Shown piece by piece: positions 28,915-39,637 of a stretch of 64,000 nt of DNA. The position numbers and the translations under genes were made by a program. Source of the DNA: a bacterium. GTDB taxonomy: Bacteria > UBA8248 > JACPRG01 > G963555815. The notes under the pieces are model-generated. The model was given only the letters and a program-made list of their open reading frames with translations, was not told where the DNA came from and ran no database searches. The stretch covers positions 608,001 to 672,000 of the forward strand of contig OZ244653.1 of the NCBI GenBank assembly GCA_965218795.1, written 5' to 3'. Positions within the stretch are counted from its first letter, which is position 1; each line of letters starts with the position of its first letter.

Positions 28915-29628
28915 TTAGAACCGATGGTTTCGCAGAAGAATGGCCCAAAGGGACCAACGGAAATAGCTGCGGGCGACTTGTAGAAGTTTGAAGCTGGACT
29001 GGCCGGCTTTGCGTCCCTGCCAAGTGGTAGGGACTTCAGTGATACGATAGCCTTTGAGAAATGCCTTGACGCATATTTCCAACGAGGAGGCGAACCCCGC
29101 TTCCTCTAGCGGTGTCGTGTGCAGAATTTCCGACCGGTACATTTTGAATGCATTGCTGACATCGTGGGTAGGGATTCCGGTCAACTTCTTAAGGCTTAAG
29201 CAAACATAACGCGAAAGGAAACCCTGGAGAAACGGTCCACCCCGCCGTTTGCCCCCCGGCATATACCTTGATGCACAGACTAAATCGAATCCCTCCTGAA
29301 GCTTCTCATACATGAGGGGGACCGTTTCGGGATCATCACAGAGGTCGGCCATCATTACGACGGTCACAGGTGTCGTGACCTGCTCGAAACCGGACTTCAG
29401 GGCATTGGTGATTCCGCGGGGGCGCGGGCTGTTCACAAGCTGGATATTCGGTCTCCGCTTGGAGAGCTCGGTGACGATTTCCGAAGTGCGATCATCCGAG
29501 CTGTCGTTCACGACGATCACACGATGGGGGATCCGAAGCCTCTCTTCGAGCGATTCCAGTGTATCCTCAATATTCGGCTCTTCATTCAAAGCCGGAATAA
29601 CGATGGTGATTTCCGAATTGTCGCTCAA
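28915..29628 (-). CDS. GT2 glycosyltransferase (DPM1-like)
   Basis: IVIPALNEE, VNDSSDD, MMADLCD, ASRYMPGG, DVSNAFK. Confidence 0.92.
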   Translation of the reverse strand: MSDNSEITIVIPALNEEPNIEDTLESLEERLRIPHRVIVVNDSSDDRTSEIVTELSKRRPNIQLVNSPRPRGITNALKSGFEQVTTPVTVVMMADLCDDPETVPLMYEKLQEGFDLVCASRYMPGGKRRGGPFLQGFLSRYVCLSLKKLTGIPTHDVSNAFKMYRSEILHTTPLEEAGFASSLEICVKAFLKGYRITEVPTTWQGRKAGQSSFKLLQVARSYFRWSLWAILLRNHRF

Positions 29629-30240
29629 CGGTCAACCCCGGTTGGTTCGCAAGTTTGGTGCATTGCCTGCCCATGAATCAACGATTGTAGTCCAATGGGG
29701 GATTTGAAGTAGATGAATGAGTCTCACGAACTTATCGAATCTGCCTGGAATCCAGAGGATGAGCCGCCAATTTACCACACGCCGGAGAAGTCTCGCTCTC
29801 CAGGTTTTGAAGAGAACATCCAGAGTCTCACTGCCCATGCGGGCTGAGACCTTTTTCCTCCTCGGGACCACTGCGAAGGCGGTCCCGGCTCCTTTACGCG
29901 CTGCCAGCCGACCATGAAGGCAGGCCCGCTCGGAGGGCGAATCATGTTGCAAATCCAACCCTCCGTCAAAATCCGTCAACCCTCTCTCATTTATGTGGGA
30001 TGGAACGAATATCGGCAAATGTTCTTCAGTAGAAACCGCGCCCAAAACCGAGGACCCTCCGGCTCCGGAAAAACCGACTTTGGAGACCCAAGGCTCGACA
30101 TTTTTCTTGTACCGCCGAGTGGAAAGAATAGTGCCTGAGAACGCATGAGATGACGGACACCTGAGAAGGATATATAATTTTTTAGATGGCGTGCCAAGAC
30201 TCCGTTTTAAAGGTGTACGAGCAGAAGGATTCATTTTTTC

Positions 30241-30933
30241 TTGGACATCCAAAAACAACATCGGTTCAATCTACGGCGGGCCCTTCTCGTATACCCGATA
30301 GCTCTTGTGTCCGCTCTTTTTTTTGCACCTCTGGCACCCGCTCAGTTGCCAGATATCCTCAAGCCCGGGGATTTTCCGTTGGACAAATCCCCCAAGACCC
30401 CCGATAAACCCAAAGATGATTTATTTCAGGGGGTTAACTCGGAGCTTGGAACAGCGCCAAAGATTACTTATGCCAGGGCGGCCGATCTCGTCGCTCCTGG
30501 GGAGATTTGGGAGATTTTTCTGGTTCTGCAGGACGAGGAGGGCGACCTGAAATCCGTGGAGTGGGAGCTCCGTCAATTTGGGCTTGGTGGTACCTCCAAA
30601 GGAACACTCCCCCTGTCTCTGTCGAGGAAAAAACCCAAGGAAGGACAGGAAAAATTCAAGCGTGATGTTATCGAAAAACTGTCTGGTTACATCGAATTAG
30701 ATACCGCGGGTCCGGATGTCCTCAGACACCCGGGTCGTTTTGACGGTCTCCGGATGGAATTGATCGTAGTTGCCGTGGATCGCCGCGGGCTGCAGAGTAA
30801 GAAGCGCGTTTTCTCTCTGACGTTCCGTCTTGGGGCGCCCCGCGCCGCACGCCCTGTCATATCCGGTGGGAAGTTCTCTTATCGTATTGGAAGTATTGTC
30901 GCTGTGTTTCCGGACCCATTAAAGGAGAGGTAA
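30241..30933 (+). CDS. Hypothetical exported protein
   Basis: Signal peptide ending APA-Q; 230-aa ORF; no family recognised. Confidence 0.65.
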   Translation: MDIQKQHRFNLRRALLVYPIALVSALFFAPLAPAQLPDILKPGDFPLDKSPKTPDKPKDDLFQGVNSELGTAPKITYARAADLVAPGEIWEIFLVLQDEEGDLKSVEWELRQFGLGGTSKGTLPLSLSRKKPKEGQEKFKRDVIEKLSGYIELDTAGPDVLRHPGRFDGLRMELIVVAVDRRGLQSKKRVFSLTFRLGAPRAARPVISGGKFSYRIGSIVAVFPDPLKER

Positions 30934-31115
30934 TCGGGCTTCCCTTTATTTTCGTCGAAATCTGTTATTCATTCCCAATGGCTCCCTCTTTGATCTGCTG
31001 GATGTGAAAAATTTGTTGCTGGATAGAGAAATTCTTGACACAGGGTATTTTGGGAATAATCTGCTGTTTGCAAATGACAACCGCATGATTCTGCTTGATT
31101 AAAGGACTACATCCC

Positions 31116-31787
31116 ATGTCGGCAACAAGCCTTCAGCCGCTGCGGAAGAAGCTTCTCTCAGAGAACGTGGTCGGAGCGATCCGATCGGCGATACTGAATG
31201 GGGAATTGGAGTTGGGTCAGCGGCTTGTAGAAACGGATTTGGCAGAACAATTAGGCGTCAGTCGAGGTCCGGTCCGGGAGGCTTTGCGGCTCTTAGCTGC
31301 TGAGGGGTTGGTCGTGATTAACGTCCATCGCGGCACTTTTGTCGTCCAGCCGACGAAAGATGACGTGGAAGAAATCTACAGCTTGCGCGAGGCGCTGGAA
31401 TTCCTGGCCGTCAAGCGGGTCATCGAGATAGCGCGTGACGAGGAAATTGAAGGTCTTTTCAAAACGGCCAAGCAATTTACGGCCGCTTCCAGCCAGAAAA
31501 AGGTGGCTCAACTCGTCGGTACGAACATGGCGCTTCACGGCGAACTGTTCAAATTGGCTCGACATGAGCGCCTTTCTCAGATATGGGCCACGTTGGAATC
31601 TCAGCTTCGTCTCTGCAATCTCATCGAATTCGAGCGTAGGAACGAAGATACGGAACGGGCATTCGATCAGCACATGAAAATTTTAGATGCCATCCGCGAC
31701 CGGGACAGTGAGGCAGCATGCCGGTTCATATCCGAACATATTCAGAAGTCGGCTCAGGTATTGCAGGCAACAGATGTCTCTGGCTGA
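31116..31787 (+). CDS. GntR/FadR (FCD) transcriptional regulator
   Basis: RLVETDLAEQLGVSRGPVREAL helix-turn-helix; FCD domain; TTGACA-N16-TAATCT upstream. Confidence 0.93.
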   Translation: MSATSLQPLRKKLLSENVVGAIRSAILNGELELGQRLVETDLAEQLGVSRGPVREALRLLAAEGLVVINVHRGTFVVQPTKDDVEEIYSLREALEFLAVKRVIEIARDEEIEGLFKTAKQFTAASSQKKVAQLVGTNMALHGELFKLARHERLSQIWATLESQLRLCNLIEFERRNEDTERAFDQHMKILDAIRDRDSEAACRFISEHIQKSAQVLQATDVSG

Positions 31788-32121
31788 GACGATAAAGAAC
31801 CTTTTCGGCCGTAAGCCCTTCTTTCTTCAAGAAACTACTTCTTCCCCCCCGGAGAATCATTCGTCTCCATCCTGACCACAACGGGCACTTTCTTTGAATC
31901 GAAAATTCAATTAGAGAAAGCCCAGGGCGGGGATTGAGAGGTCCGTTCTCGATGTCGGAAGGCGAACCAAGCGTAAGCAGTCACGCGTTCGTTTGAGAGT
32001 GGCCCTGGAGAAGGTCGAGGCGGAAGGAGCGGCGTGTGTTGCCCCTGCCCGGATTTCATGAAACCGGCAGGCGCGCTTGAGCCGTGATTTCGCGCAGGCC
32101 CTCCCGTCAGGAGGAATACTT

Positions 32122-33750
32122 TTGGCATTCAAGCCGGAATACGACGGAATCATTATCGGCGCCGGACACAATGCGCTCATACTCGCCGGGTATATGGCCC
32201 GGGCCGGCTGCGAAGTCGTCGTCCTCGAGCGTTACCTCGAGCAGGGCGGGGGGCTGGACACCCATGTCGATCCGTGGCATCCGGGATTTCTTCACAACAT
32301 GCATTCCGTCTTTCACCGGAACTTGACCAACTTGCCGTGGTGGCGGGATTTGCGGGTGGGAGACTTCGACGTCGAATACATCAAACCCGAGGTGGGATGC
32401 GGACTTCTTTATGAGTCGGATCGGTGCCTTCTTCTTTATTCCGATCTTGAAAAAACAAAACGTTCCATTGCGAAGGTTTCGCCTCGGGACGCCGAGACCT
32501 GGGAATCGATCCATCGCCGATGGCAGCCCGTGGTGAGTGAGGTCACGGAGCCGATGACCTACTCCCCTCCTATGGAATGGGAAAAACTGAGGATATGCAT
32601 GAAGGGTAGCCGCTCCGGCGACGAATTTCTCTGGTTTGCGGAAAGATCTCCGGAGGAGGTTGTCCGCGAATTGTTTGAGAGCGGCCCATTGCAGGGGTTC
32701 TTGCTGTTCCTGGCCGACCTGAGGGGATACGACAGCTACTCCAAGCGGTTGGGATGGATCATTCCCCAGATGATCGCCACCGGCGTCAATCCGCAGCTTG
32801 CACGGGGGACTTCCCATAGACTGGCCCATGCCTTGGACGCCAGCGCGTTATCGGCTGGAGCGGATGTCGTTGAAGGAAGGGAAGTCACGAAAATCATCGT
32901 GGAGGACGGCCTCGCACGAGGTGTAGAGCTCAAAGACGGCCGGCGCATCTACGCCCGGAGATTCATCGCGACGAGCACCGGACCTGCGCAAACTTTCCAA
33001 CGACTTGTCGATGCTCACCATGTGAAGCCCGAGTTTGCCGAGAAGACTTCGAGTTTTCAGTACGGTCCCATCGGCCCGATTTTTTCGATCCATCTCGCGC
33101 TCGCCGAGCGTCCGGTCTATACGGCCGAACGGCATGAGCCGGATGCGGGAAGAATCTTTTTGACACTGATCGGTCTGGATTCACCGGAGGACATGCGGGA
33201 GTTCCACCGGGCACATGTGGAAGGCAGAATCCCCAGTAAACTTTTCTTCAACGGAACAACCCCGTCGGTGTTCGACCCCGCTCAGGCGCCGCCCGGGAAG
33301 CACACGGCTTTCATGTGGCAGATGGTTCCTTACGACTTGGCGGACGGCGGACCGCAGCGGTGGTCTACGATCAAAGAGGAATTTCTCGATACACTTTTCG
33401 AGCATTGGGCCCGTCACGCCCCCAACCTCAAACGCGAGGGCGTGGTTCTCAACCGGTTTTGTCAGACTCCGCTCGACATCGAAGCCCATATCGCCACGAT
33501 GGTAAAGGGGGATCAGCTCGTGGGCCGCCTGACGGATCGTCAATACTATGACCGTCGGCCGCTGCCCGAGCTCTCCCGCTATCGGACGCCGATTCAAAAC
33601 CTGTATCTTTGCGGGGGTTGCTGCCATCCAAGCGCCAACATTACCGGCGGGCCCGGGTACAACGCAGCCAAGATTATCGCTGAGGATCTGGGTGTGGAGC
33701 CCTGGTGGAATCCACTGGAGTTGGAAGAGCACCTCCAATCTCTGAAGTGA
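32122..33750 (+). CDS. Phytoene dehydrogenase-like FAD oxidoreductase
   Basis: IIGAGHN, DPAQAPPGKHT, YRTPIQNLYLCG..HP..G.PGYNAA; AGGAGG RBS before TTG. Confidence 0.88.
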   Translation: MAFKPEYDGIIIGAGHNALILAGYMARAGCEVVVLERYLEQGGGLDTHVDPWHPGFLHNMHSVFHRNLTNLPWWRDLRVGDFDVEYIKPEVGCGLLYESDRCLLLYSDLEKTKRSIAKVSPRDAETWESIHRRWQPVVSEVTEPMTYSPPMEWEKLRICMKGSRSGDEFLWFAERSPEEVVRELFESGPLQGFLLFLADLRGYDSYSKRLGWIIPQMIATGVNPQLARGTSHRLAHALDASALSAGADVVEGREVTKIIVEDGLARGVELKDGRRIYARRFIATSTGPAQTFQRLVDAHHVKPEFAEKTSSFQYGPIGPIFSIHLALAERPVYTAERHEPDAGRIFLTLIGLDSPEDMREFHRAHVEGRIPSKLFFNGTTPSVFDPAQAPPGKHTAFMWQMVPYDLADGGPQRWSTIKEEFLDTLFEHWARHAPNLKREGVVLNRFCQTPLDIEAHIATMVKGDQLVGRLTDRQYYDRRPLPELSRYRTPIQNLYLCGGCCHPSANITGGPGYNAAKIIAEDLGVEPWWNPLELEEHLQSLK

Positions 33751-33771
33751 GCTGAACGCATGGGGTGATTC

Positions 33772-34330
33772 ATGCGAATAGATTTGGAATGACTCCAAGG
33801 AGCCTGCGACATCCACATCCACCCATCGCCGGATGTATTCGCGCGGCTTTACGACCACATTGACGCGGCTTGTCACGCCCGGGATGCGAGCCGTTTTGAT
33901 GAAGTCCACCACCAGGGGACAGCCGGCCGAATGCCGCTGGCGGCCCGGGCCGTATGCGGGATTGACGTTTTCGGAAGCCTGAACTTGAACGATCCGGCGG
34001 GCGGACTGAACCCCTGGACGGTTGAAACGGCCATCCGGTACGGCGCGAAAAGAACTTTGTGCCCACCGTGGACGCACGTCTATTTCCGTTCTGTATGCGG
34101 ACGGATCGATTCTGCCGGACGTTCACATCATTCTGGTACTGAATCGCCGAGGCGAACAGCACCCTCAGTTGTGGGCACCTCGATCCGAGCATGTCGGGGA
34201 AGATGGGAATCCATTGCCCTGGCCAAACCGCTCAGGCGGGCGGATTTCCTGACCCTTGTTTCTTCGACATTATCAAGCAAAAAGCGAATCCTCACCTCTG
34301 GTGACCCCGATAGGTTGGGAATCCCACGGG
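33772..34330 (+). pseudogene. DUF6282-like metallo-hydrolase remnant
   Basis: MRIDLE*LQGACDIHIHPSPDVFAR...GIDVFGSLNLN..GGLNPWTVETAIRYGAK, then loss of frame. Confidence 0.65.
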
Positions 34331-34349
34331 TCATCCAGTCTTCCCTATA

Positions 34350-35771
34350 TCAGCTCCGCCGGGTGGTTTTCCCCCATCGAAAAGTCGCTTGACGGTTTGC
34401 CTTGCGTCCGGAAGCGAGCCTCCTGAACAGGTAGCGTCCCGAGCCCGGCTCGCTTAGAATTTTGTCCTCCCGGATGACGATGCGCCCTCCCTTGACCACG
34501 GCCTTGGGCCATCCCTTGAGAACTTGGCTTTCGTACAGACTGAATCCGGCGAATGAATGAAGCGTTTCCGGGCGGACCCGACGCTCGGAGTTCAAGTCGA
34601 CAAGCGCCAAGTCCGCATCGGTTCCCGGTCGGATATCTCCTTTCTGCGGGTAGATGCCGTAAATCTGTGCCGGTTTTCGGCTGGCCGCCTCGACGATCCT
34701 CTCCAAAGGGATCTTGCGTTTGTGGTATCCCTCGTGAAGCAAGACCGGAAGGTGTGTTCCGACGGCCGCAATGCCTGTCTTCGACCCCCAGAGGCCGCCT
34801 TGGAGGTTCTTCTCCTTGCGGGTCCGGGGGGTGTGGTCCGTTCCGAGCGCATCGATGTGGCCGTCCCTTAACGCCTCCCAAAGGAGATCGACATCCCGGG
34901 GTCCCCGGAAGGGGGGCGACATCTTGGCCAGGAAACCCTTCTTGGAATGCTTGGTGATTGACAGGTTGGGCGAAGTGGTCTCAACGAACAGGTTCGGGTT
35001 TCTCTTCCGGAGCTCCGGGAGTCTGCGGGCCGCCAGTGCGGTCGACAGGTGAACGACGTAGACCCGCGCCCCTGTCGCTTCGGAAAGATAGGCGGCGCGG
35101 AGCATGCCTTCTTCTTCGGCTTCATCCGGGTGGGTGTCGGCCCAGTCGGCCAGCGTCCCATTCTTTCTGGATCGGTAGATCCGCTCGGTGGCCTGGATGA
35201 CCAGGTCCTCGTTCTCACAGTGGATTGCGAGAAAGGTCGGGGGGCCGAGCCGCGCCAGCGTCTTCATCGCCATATACATGATCCCGTCGTCTTCTGCCTC
35301 GACGATGCCGGGAAGCCCGTATTGGTAGCACTTGAAGCCCGTCACACCCAGCCGGTCGACGTACTCCGGAATCTCTTCGACCTGGAGCTCTTCACCGAGC
35401 TTGAGGGAGAAGACCATATCCGTATGGCTGTTGTTTTCGACGTCCTCCCGGAAATCCTGAAATGTATTCAGGTACGAACCCGGCTCGCGAAGAAGGGCGG
35501 AGAGGGTCGTTGTTCCGGCGGCCAGGGCCGACAAGCTTTCCGTGCGGCAATCGTTGGCGAAGCTCCCAGAGAATCCCAAATGGACATGGGGATCGAATAT
35601 TCCCGGAAAGACATGCAGCCCGGAGGCGTCAAATTCTTCCCGGGCGGAGGGCAGGACCTTTTCCATTGCAACCGACAGAATTTTCCCTTTCCGAATGGAA
35701 ACGCCCGCCCGGACGAGACCGGATCCAGGTATCACCAGGGTTCCACCTTTAATGTTCAGATCTGCTTCCAT
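34350..35771 (-). CDS. Cyclic amidohydrolase (dihydropyrimidinase/allantoinase/dihydroorotase-like)
   Basis: DPHVH, GTTT, FKCY, HCEN, VHLS, PPFR, GTDH, GTDADL. Confidence 0.92.
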   Translation of the reverse strand: MEADLNIKGGTLVIPGSGLVRAGVSIRKGKILSVAMEKVLPSAREEFDASGLHVFPGIFDPHVHLGFSGSFANDCRTESLSALAAGTTTLSALLREPGSYLNTFQDFREDVENNSHTDMVFSLKLGEELQVEEIPEYVDRLGVTGFKCYQYGLPGIVEAEDDGIMYMAMKTLARLGPPTFLAIHCENEDLVIQATERIYRSRKNGTLADWADTHPDEAEEEGMLRAAYLSEATGARVYVVHLSTALAARRLPELRKRNPNLFVETTSPNLSITKHSKKGFLAKMSPPFRGPRDVDLLWEALRDGHIDALGTDHTPRTRKEKNLQGGLWGSKTGIAAVGTHLPVLLHEGYHKRKIPLERIVEAASRKPAQIYGIYPQKGDIRPGTDADLALVDLNSERRVRPETLHSFAGFSLYESQVLKGWPKAVVKGGRIVIREDKILSEPGSGRYLFRRLASGRKANRQATFRWGKTTRRS

Positions 35772-36019
35772 GCCGGGTACCTCACGGGCGAGGGAGTTCC
35801 ATGACTGGTAAAGTTCGGAGCCCCAAAGGAAGAATCAGACGATATTTCTGTTCTTCAACCATTGTCCCTCGAAGGGCTTCTTGTCGCCGTTCGCGTTCTT
35901 CCCTTGAGAGGCTGGCTTTTCGGGGTGATCATCTTCCTGCTCCGTTACGGGGGGAAAGCGTCAAACCTCGCAAATTGCTCCCTGATTCCGTCGGGTCCTC
36001 AGGGTTGGGGGCTGCCCGT

Positions 36020-36949
36020 TCATCCGGATGGATCGGACGCTTGCTCAAGCCCGAGAAAAACCATTTCCGCGTTGAGAGGCAGATCTGCTTGATACCGTGG
36101 CCATTTTGCATATTTTTGTATGTCGATGTCGGATTTGATTTCGGTCAGCGTCTTCCCTTTATCCCGCAGACTCTTCACAGCATCCAGGAGATCGCGAAAG
36201 AACTCCCGCATGGCCCGGATGATTTCCACGCCACCCGCTCGCCCATGTCCCGGGACAATGATACCCGCACCGGACTGCTCCAATACCTCGAATGCGCGGA
36301 ACATGTCCGGGCCAATCGGTTCGGCCATGAAGGGGATACGTCCCACGAAGACGAGGTCGCCGGCGAACAGGACGCCTTCATCGGGCACAAGGACGGCGGC
36401 GTCCCCGACTGAATGGCAATGACCCAGGTGGAAGATTTCCACCGGACCATCCGGATCTTGGAGAGAGAGACGTTCAGAAAAGGTGACATCCGGGGCCCGC
36501 AATCGGAGACTGCAGAGATCGAGCGCTTGAAACCTTTTGAATAAAGAGAGGGTATCCTTTCGCCCAGCCTGAATTGCGCGTGAAATGATCGGGCCGTAGA
36601 AAAGCTCCAACGACCCGGATGAATCAGATCGTGCCGACACGGTTCGCAGCGCACGAGCTGTCGAGACGTGGGAGATGACAGCGCACTCAAAGGCTTGGCC
36701 TCCGAACGTGTGATCCCCATGATGGTGAGTGTAGAGAAGCGCCCGAGTTGGAAGATGGGACAACTCTTGAACACGCTCAAGAAGGGTTTGGCCCGAAGAA
36801 GGTGAACGCAGGGAGTCTACGACAATCGGTCCCCTGGCGCCGAGGATGATGCCGGCGTTCGCACCCCCGTCGGGTTCCGAGGCCACATAGACCCGCCGGG
36901 AGATTTGCTGGAGCGTGAAAGGAAGGTTTGAGATTCTTCTTGGGTCCAT
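36020..36949 (-). CDS. MBL-fold metallo-hydrolase (cyclase-like)
   Basis: ANAGII, VVDS, THHHGDH, CHSVGD, FAGDL, VPGHG; start codon uncertain. Confidence 0.88.
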   Translation of the reverse strand: MDPRRISNLPFTLQQISRRVYVASEPDGGANAGIILGARGPIVVDSLRSPSSGQTLLERVQELSHLPTRALLYTHHHGDHTFGGQAFECAVISHVSTARALRTVSARSDSSGSLELFYGPIISRAIQAGRKDTLSLFKRFQALDLCSLRLRAPDVTFSERLSLQDPDGPVEIFHLGHCHSVGDAAVLVPDEGVLFAGDLVFVGRIPFMAEPIGPDMFRAFEVLEQSGAGIIVPGHGRAGGVEIIRAMREFFRDLLDAVKSLRDKGKTLTEIKSDIDIQKYAKWPRYQADLPLNAEMVFLGLEQASDPSG

Positions 36950-37239
36950 TGACGTCATCGGGATTACAGAAATCCCGGAAAATCCATTTTCGGATGATGA
37001 GTCTTTCGAACAATCAGATCGAGAGAGGATCGTAACACGGTCGGACTTGTCAATCTCGGAAGAAGCCGTCACCCGACAGGCCCTTCGGCGTTTGAGGCGT
37101 TTATTGTGTGCTAACCTGACGCTCATCGTTGTAATGCTCTCTTGCGATCGCAGACCGTTCCGCCGATGAGGGAAAGACGCTCAGGGAAAAATGTTCTCAT
37201 CGTCAAAGGCGAAAGGGTCGTCTTTTAAGAAGATCTCAT

Positions 37240-37722
37240 ATGGGCCGAACCAGGTTTTGGCCCTATCCGAGGCGGCGTGCTCGCAAGCTTTGCATCGATG
37301 TCCGTCTGCCGCCGAACGTGCTCCCGGTGGAGGTCTTCCATGAGTTGCGCGGTATAATCCGGAAGTTGCAGGCAGGCGATAAGGGGTTGAAAATGGATGT
37401 GGAAATATACGCATCCAACCCTCGGGTCGATATTCCACACGACCACCCCACGATTCGAGTCCTGGCCAAGGCGCACAGGGCGGTGTTTCGTAAGCGGCCG
37501 AAGGTGGAATGTTCGATTTATATCTCAGACGCCTGCCATCTCAACCGGTATGGAATCGCGACCGTCAATTACGGTGGCGGCGGAAGGCTCCGGACAGGCG
37601 GCTGGTTCGATCCTCAAGAGGGGGGAGCACCAACAGCATCAAAGACATGGTCCGGGCGACGGAGGCGTTCATTCCAGCTATGGATCTTTGCTCAAAGAGG
37701 CGGCGACCAACCCACTCCGTAG
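37240..37722 (+). pseudogene. M20 (ArgE/DapE-like) peptidase, C-terminal remnant
   Basis: IDVRLPP, SDACHLNRYGIATVNYG.G, frameshifted EH..KDMVRAT; N-terminal metal-binding half absent. Confidence 0.7.
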
Positions 37723-37783
37723 GTGCGTCGGTTTTTTTGCGGGGTGAAGGGTTCTGGCAGACCAAACCAGGTGGAAAAACAAG

Positions 37784-38860
37784 ATGGACATGGAATTCAA
37801 TACGCTTCATGAAATCATCCTCGAAGCCCGACGCAACGTCGCGCAATACGTCTGGAACTACCTGAGCGGCGGATCGGAATCGGAAACCACACTGCGCCGG
37901 AACCGCCAGGGATTGGACAGTCTGGCCCTTCGGCCGAGGGTGCTCCGCGACGTCAGTGGAATTGATCCCTCGACCCGGTTCTTGGGCCACCCGGTGAGAA
38001 TTCCGGTCCTGATGGCGCCCATCGGGACGATCCATTCTCTCGTTCCGGAAGGTGCAGTGGCCGTTTCCCGCGCCGCCCATGCGTTTGGAACGGTGAATTT
38101 CGTCAGTTCCGCGACGCAGCCCAGCCTGGAGGAAACTGCCGCTGCCACGCCCAATCCCAAGTTTTATCAGCTCTATGTCTGGGGAGATATGAAGTGGGTC
38201 GAGGAACTCTTGGCGCGGGTCAAGAAGGCCGGATACGATGCCCTGACACTGACCGTGGATTCCACTTATTACGGCGCCCATGACCGCCAGTTGATCCAGG
38301 GTTGGATACCGGAAGCCGTGAAGCGAAAAGAAGGCAGGGAATATCAGCGATCCCTGACTTGGGACACCATGGACGCGATCAGAGAGCTCGCAGGCCTGCC
38401 CTTCATCCTGAAGGGCGTGGCCACCGGGGAAGACGCTGAAGCCGCTGTCGAACATGGGGCCCGCGCCGTTTATATCTCGAATCATGGTGGCCGTCAGCTC
38501 GACCACGGTCAGGGGTGTATCGATGTGCTTCCCGAGATCGCCGCTGCCGTCGATGGACGGGCGGAAATCATTATCGACGGCGGTTTTGTCAGAGGTACGG
38601 ATGTTCTCAAGGCGATTGCCCTCGGAGCTGATGCCGTAGCCATAGGGAAACTCCAGGGGTGGGCGCTGGCTGCAGCCGGGGAACAAGGTCTCGTTCGCGC
38701 GCTTGAACTCCTCGAAGAGGAAATGAAGAGAGATATGGGTCTTTTAGGGATTGCACGGTTGGATGAAATCGATTCCGATTATGTGACCGTCGCCAAACCC
38801 GTTTGTCAGCCTCACGCATATAGTGCTTTTCCTCACCTGCCGGAAGATATCTTTCGATAG
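37784..38860 (+). CDS. FMN-dependent alpha-hydroxy acid oxidase/dehydrogenase
   Basis: LRPRVLRDV, FYQLY, LTVD, LKGV, SNHGGRQLD, DGGFVRGTDVLKA. Confidence 0.93.
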   Translation: MDMEFNTLHEIILEARRNVAQYVWNYLSGGSESETTLRRNRQGLDSLALRPRVLRDVSGIDPSTRFLGHPVRIPVLMAPIGTIHSLVPEGAVAVSRAAHAFGTVNFVSSATQPSLEETAAATPNPKFYQLYVWGDMKWVEELLARVKKAGYDALTLTVDSTYYGAHDRQLIQGWIPEAVKRKEGREYQRSLTWDTMDAIRELAGLPFILKGVATGEDAEAAVEHGARAVYISNHGGRQLDHGQGCIDVLPEIAAAVDGRAEIIIDGGFVRGTDVLKAIALGADAVAIGKLQGWALAAAGEQGLVRALELLEEEMKRDMGLLGIARLDEIDSDYVTVAKPVCQPHAYSAFPHLPEDIFR

Positions 38861-39096
38861 ATGTCTCCCTCGAACACCCTCCAAACTCGCTCAAAAAGGA
38901 CTTCTTGCACGTCCCCTCTCAGGACAGGTGATTCATTCTGATTGTGTGGTTTTTTTTGTCATTTGTATGAGCTGCTTGTAAAGCTCTGAGTAACATACCG
39001 AATGGAAGATTCCTGTCCGGGAAGAAATCCATCGGAGCATGATGTTTGCCACTGAAGACACGTTTTGGTTTGATAGGGTTCAGTGAGAACCACTCG

Positions 39097-39245
39097 GACA
39101 TCAGCCAGCGGAAGGAAGCTCGCGAGACCCTTCAGCAGTCGGAGAAAGAGTACCGCACCCTGTTCGAGCAGGCCGGCTCTCATCCTGGATAGGGGCAATG
39201 AAGTCATGAATGTGGACAAGAGCGTATCAGAAAATGCGGGTGAGA
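39097..39245 (+). pseudogene. PAS-domain sensor fragment
   Basis: DISQRKEARETLQQSEKEYRTLFEQAG matches the PAC-PAS linker; frameshifted LILDRGNEVMNVD follows. Confidence 0.6.
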
Positions 39246-39277
39246 TTTCAAGAAGCGGGTGTAATGATAGGGAAAAA

Positions 39278-39354
39278 TGGCGGGGTTGACGGGACTTGAA
39301 CCCGCGACCTCTGGCTTGACAGGCCAGCGTTCTAACCGTCTGAACTACAACCCC
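39278..39354 (-). tRNA. tRNA-Asp(GTC)
   Basis: GGGGTTG...CAACCCC-GCCA; anticodon loop CTGTCAA. Confidence 0.95.
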
Positions 39355-39376
39355 GCCGCGTATCTCTTCATTGGTA

Positions 39377-39452
39377 TGGTGGGCGGAACAGGGCTTGAAC
39401 CTGTGACCTCCGGCTTGTAAGGCCGGCGCTCTTCCAACTGAGCTATCCGCCC
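39377..39452 (-). tRNA. tRNA-Val(TAC)
   Basis: GGGCGGA...TCCGCCC-ACCA; anticodon loop CTTACAA. Confidence 0.95.
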
Positions 39453-39637
39453 CGTTCCTCCGGCCCAATCAATATATGACCACCGGAAAGAGAGCGTCAA
39501 GCTGATTCTTCGAAGGTCCTCGGGTATATCCAGAGTTCTCCTGTCGAATCATTGAATGGACGGAATGTGCGGGAAATTCTAAATTGAGGGCTTAGACATT
39601 CTACGTCCAAACCAGCCTGATAACGGATTCATTCAAT

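Noticed and set aside
29631-29640. GTCAACCCCG matching the tRNA-Asp 3' end as an att site
   Set aside because: Only 10 bp, inverted relative to the tRNA, and no integrase.
29632-30261. 209-aa minus-strand ORF
   Set aside because: No recognisable family or start signals.
33790-33792. In-frame TGA at codon 7 of the DUF6282-like gene as selenocysteine
   Set aside because: Not at a Cys-equivalent position, no clear SECIS, and the gene has further lesions.
38959-39468. 169-aa ORF across the tRNA pair
   Set aside because: Spurious translation of tRNA-Val and tRNA-Asp.
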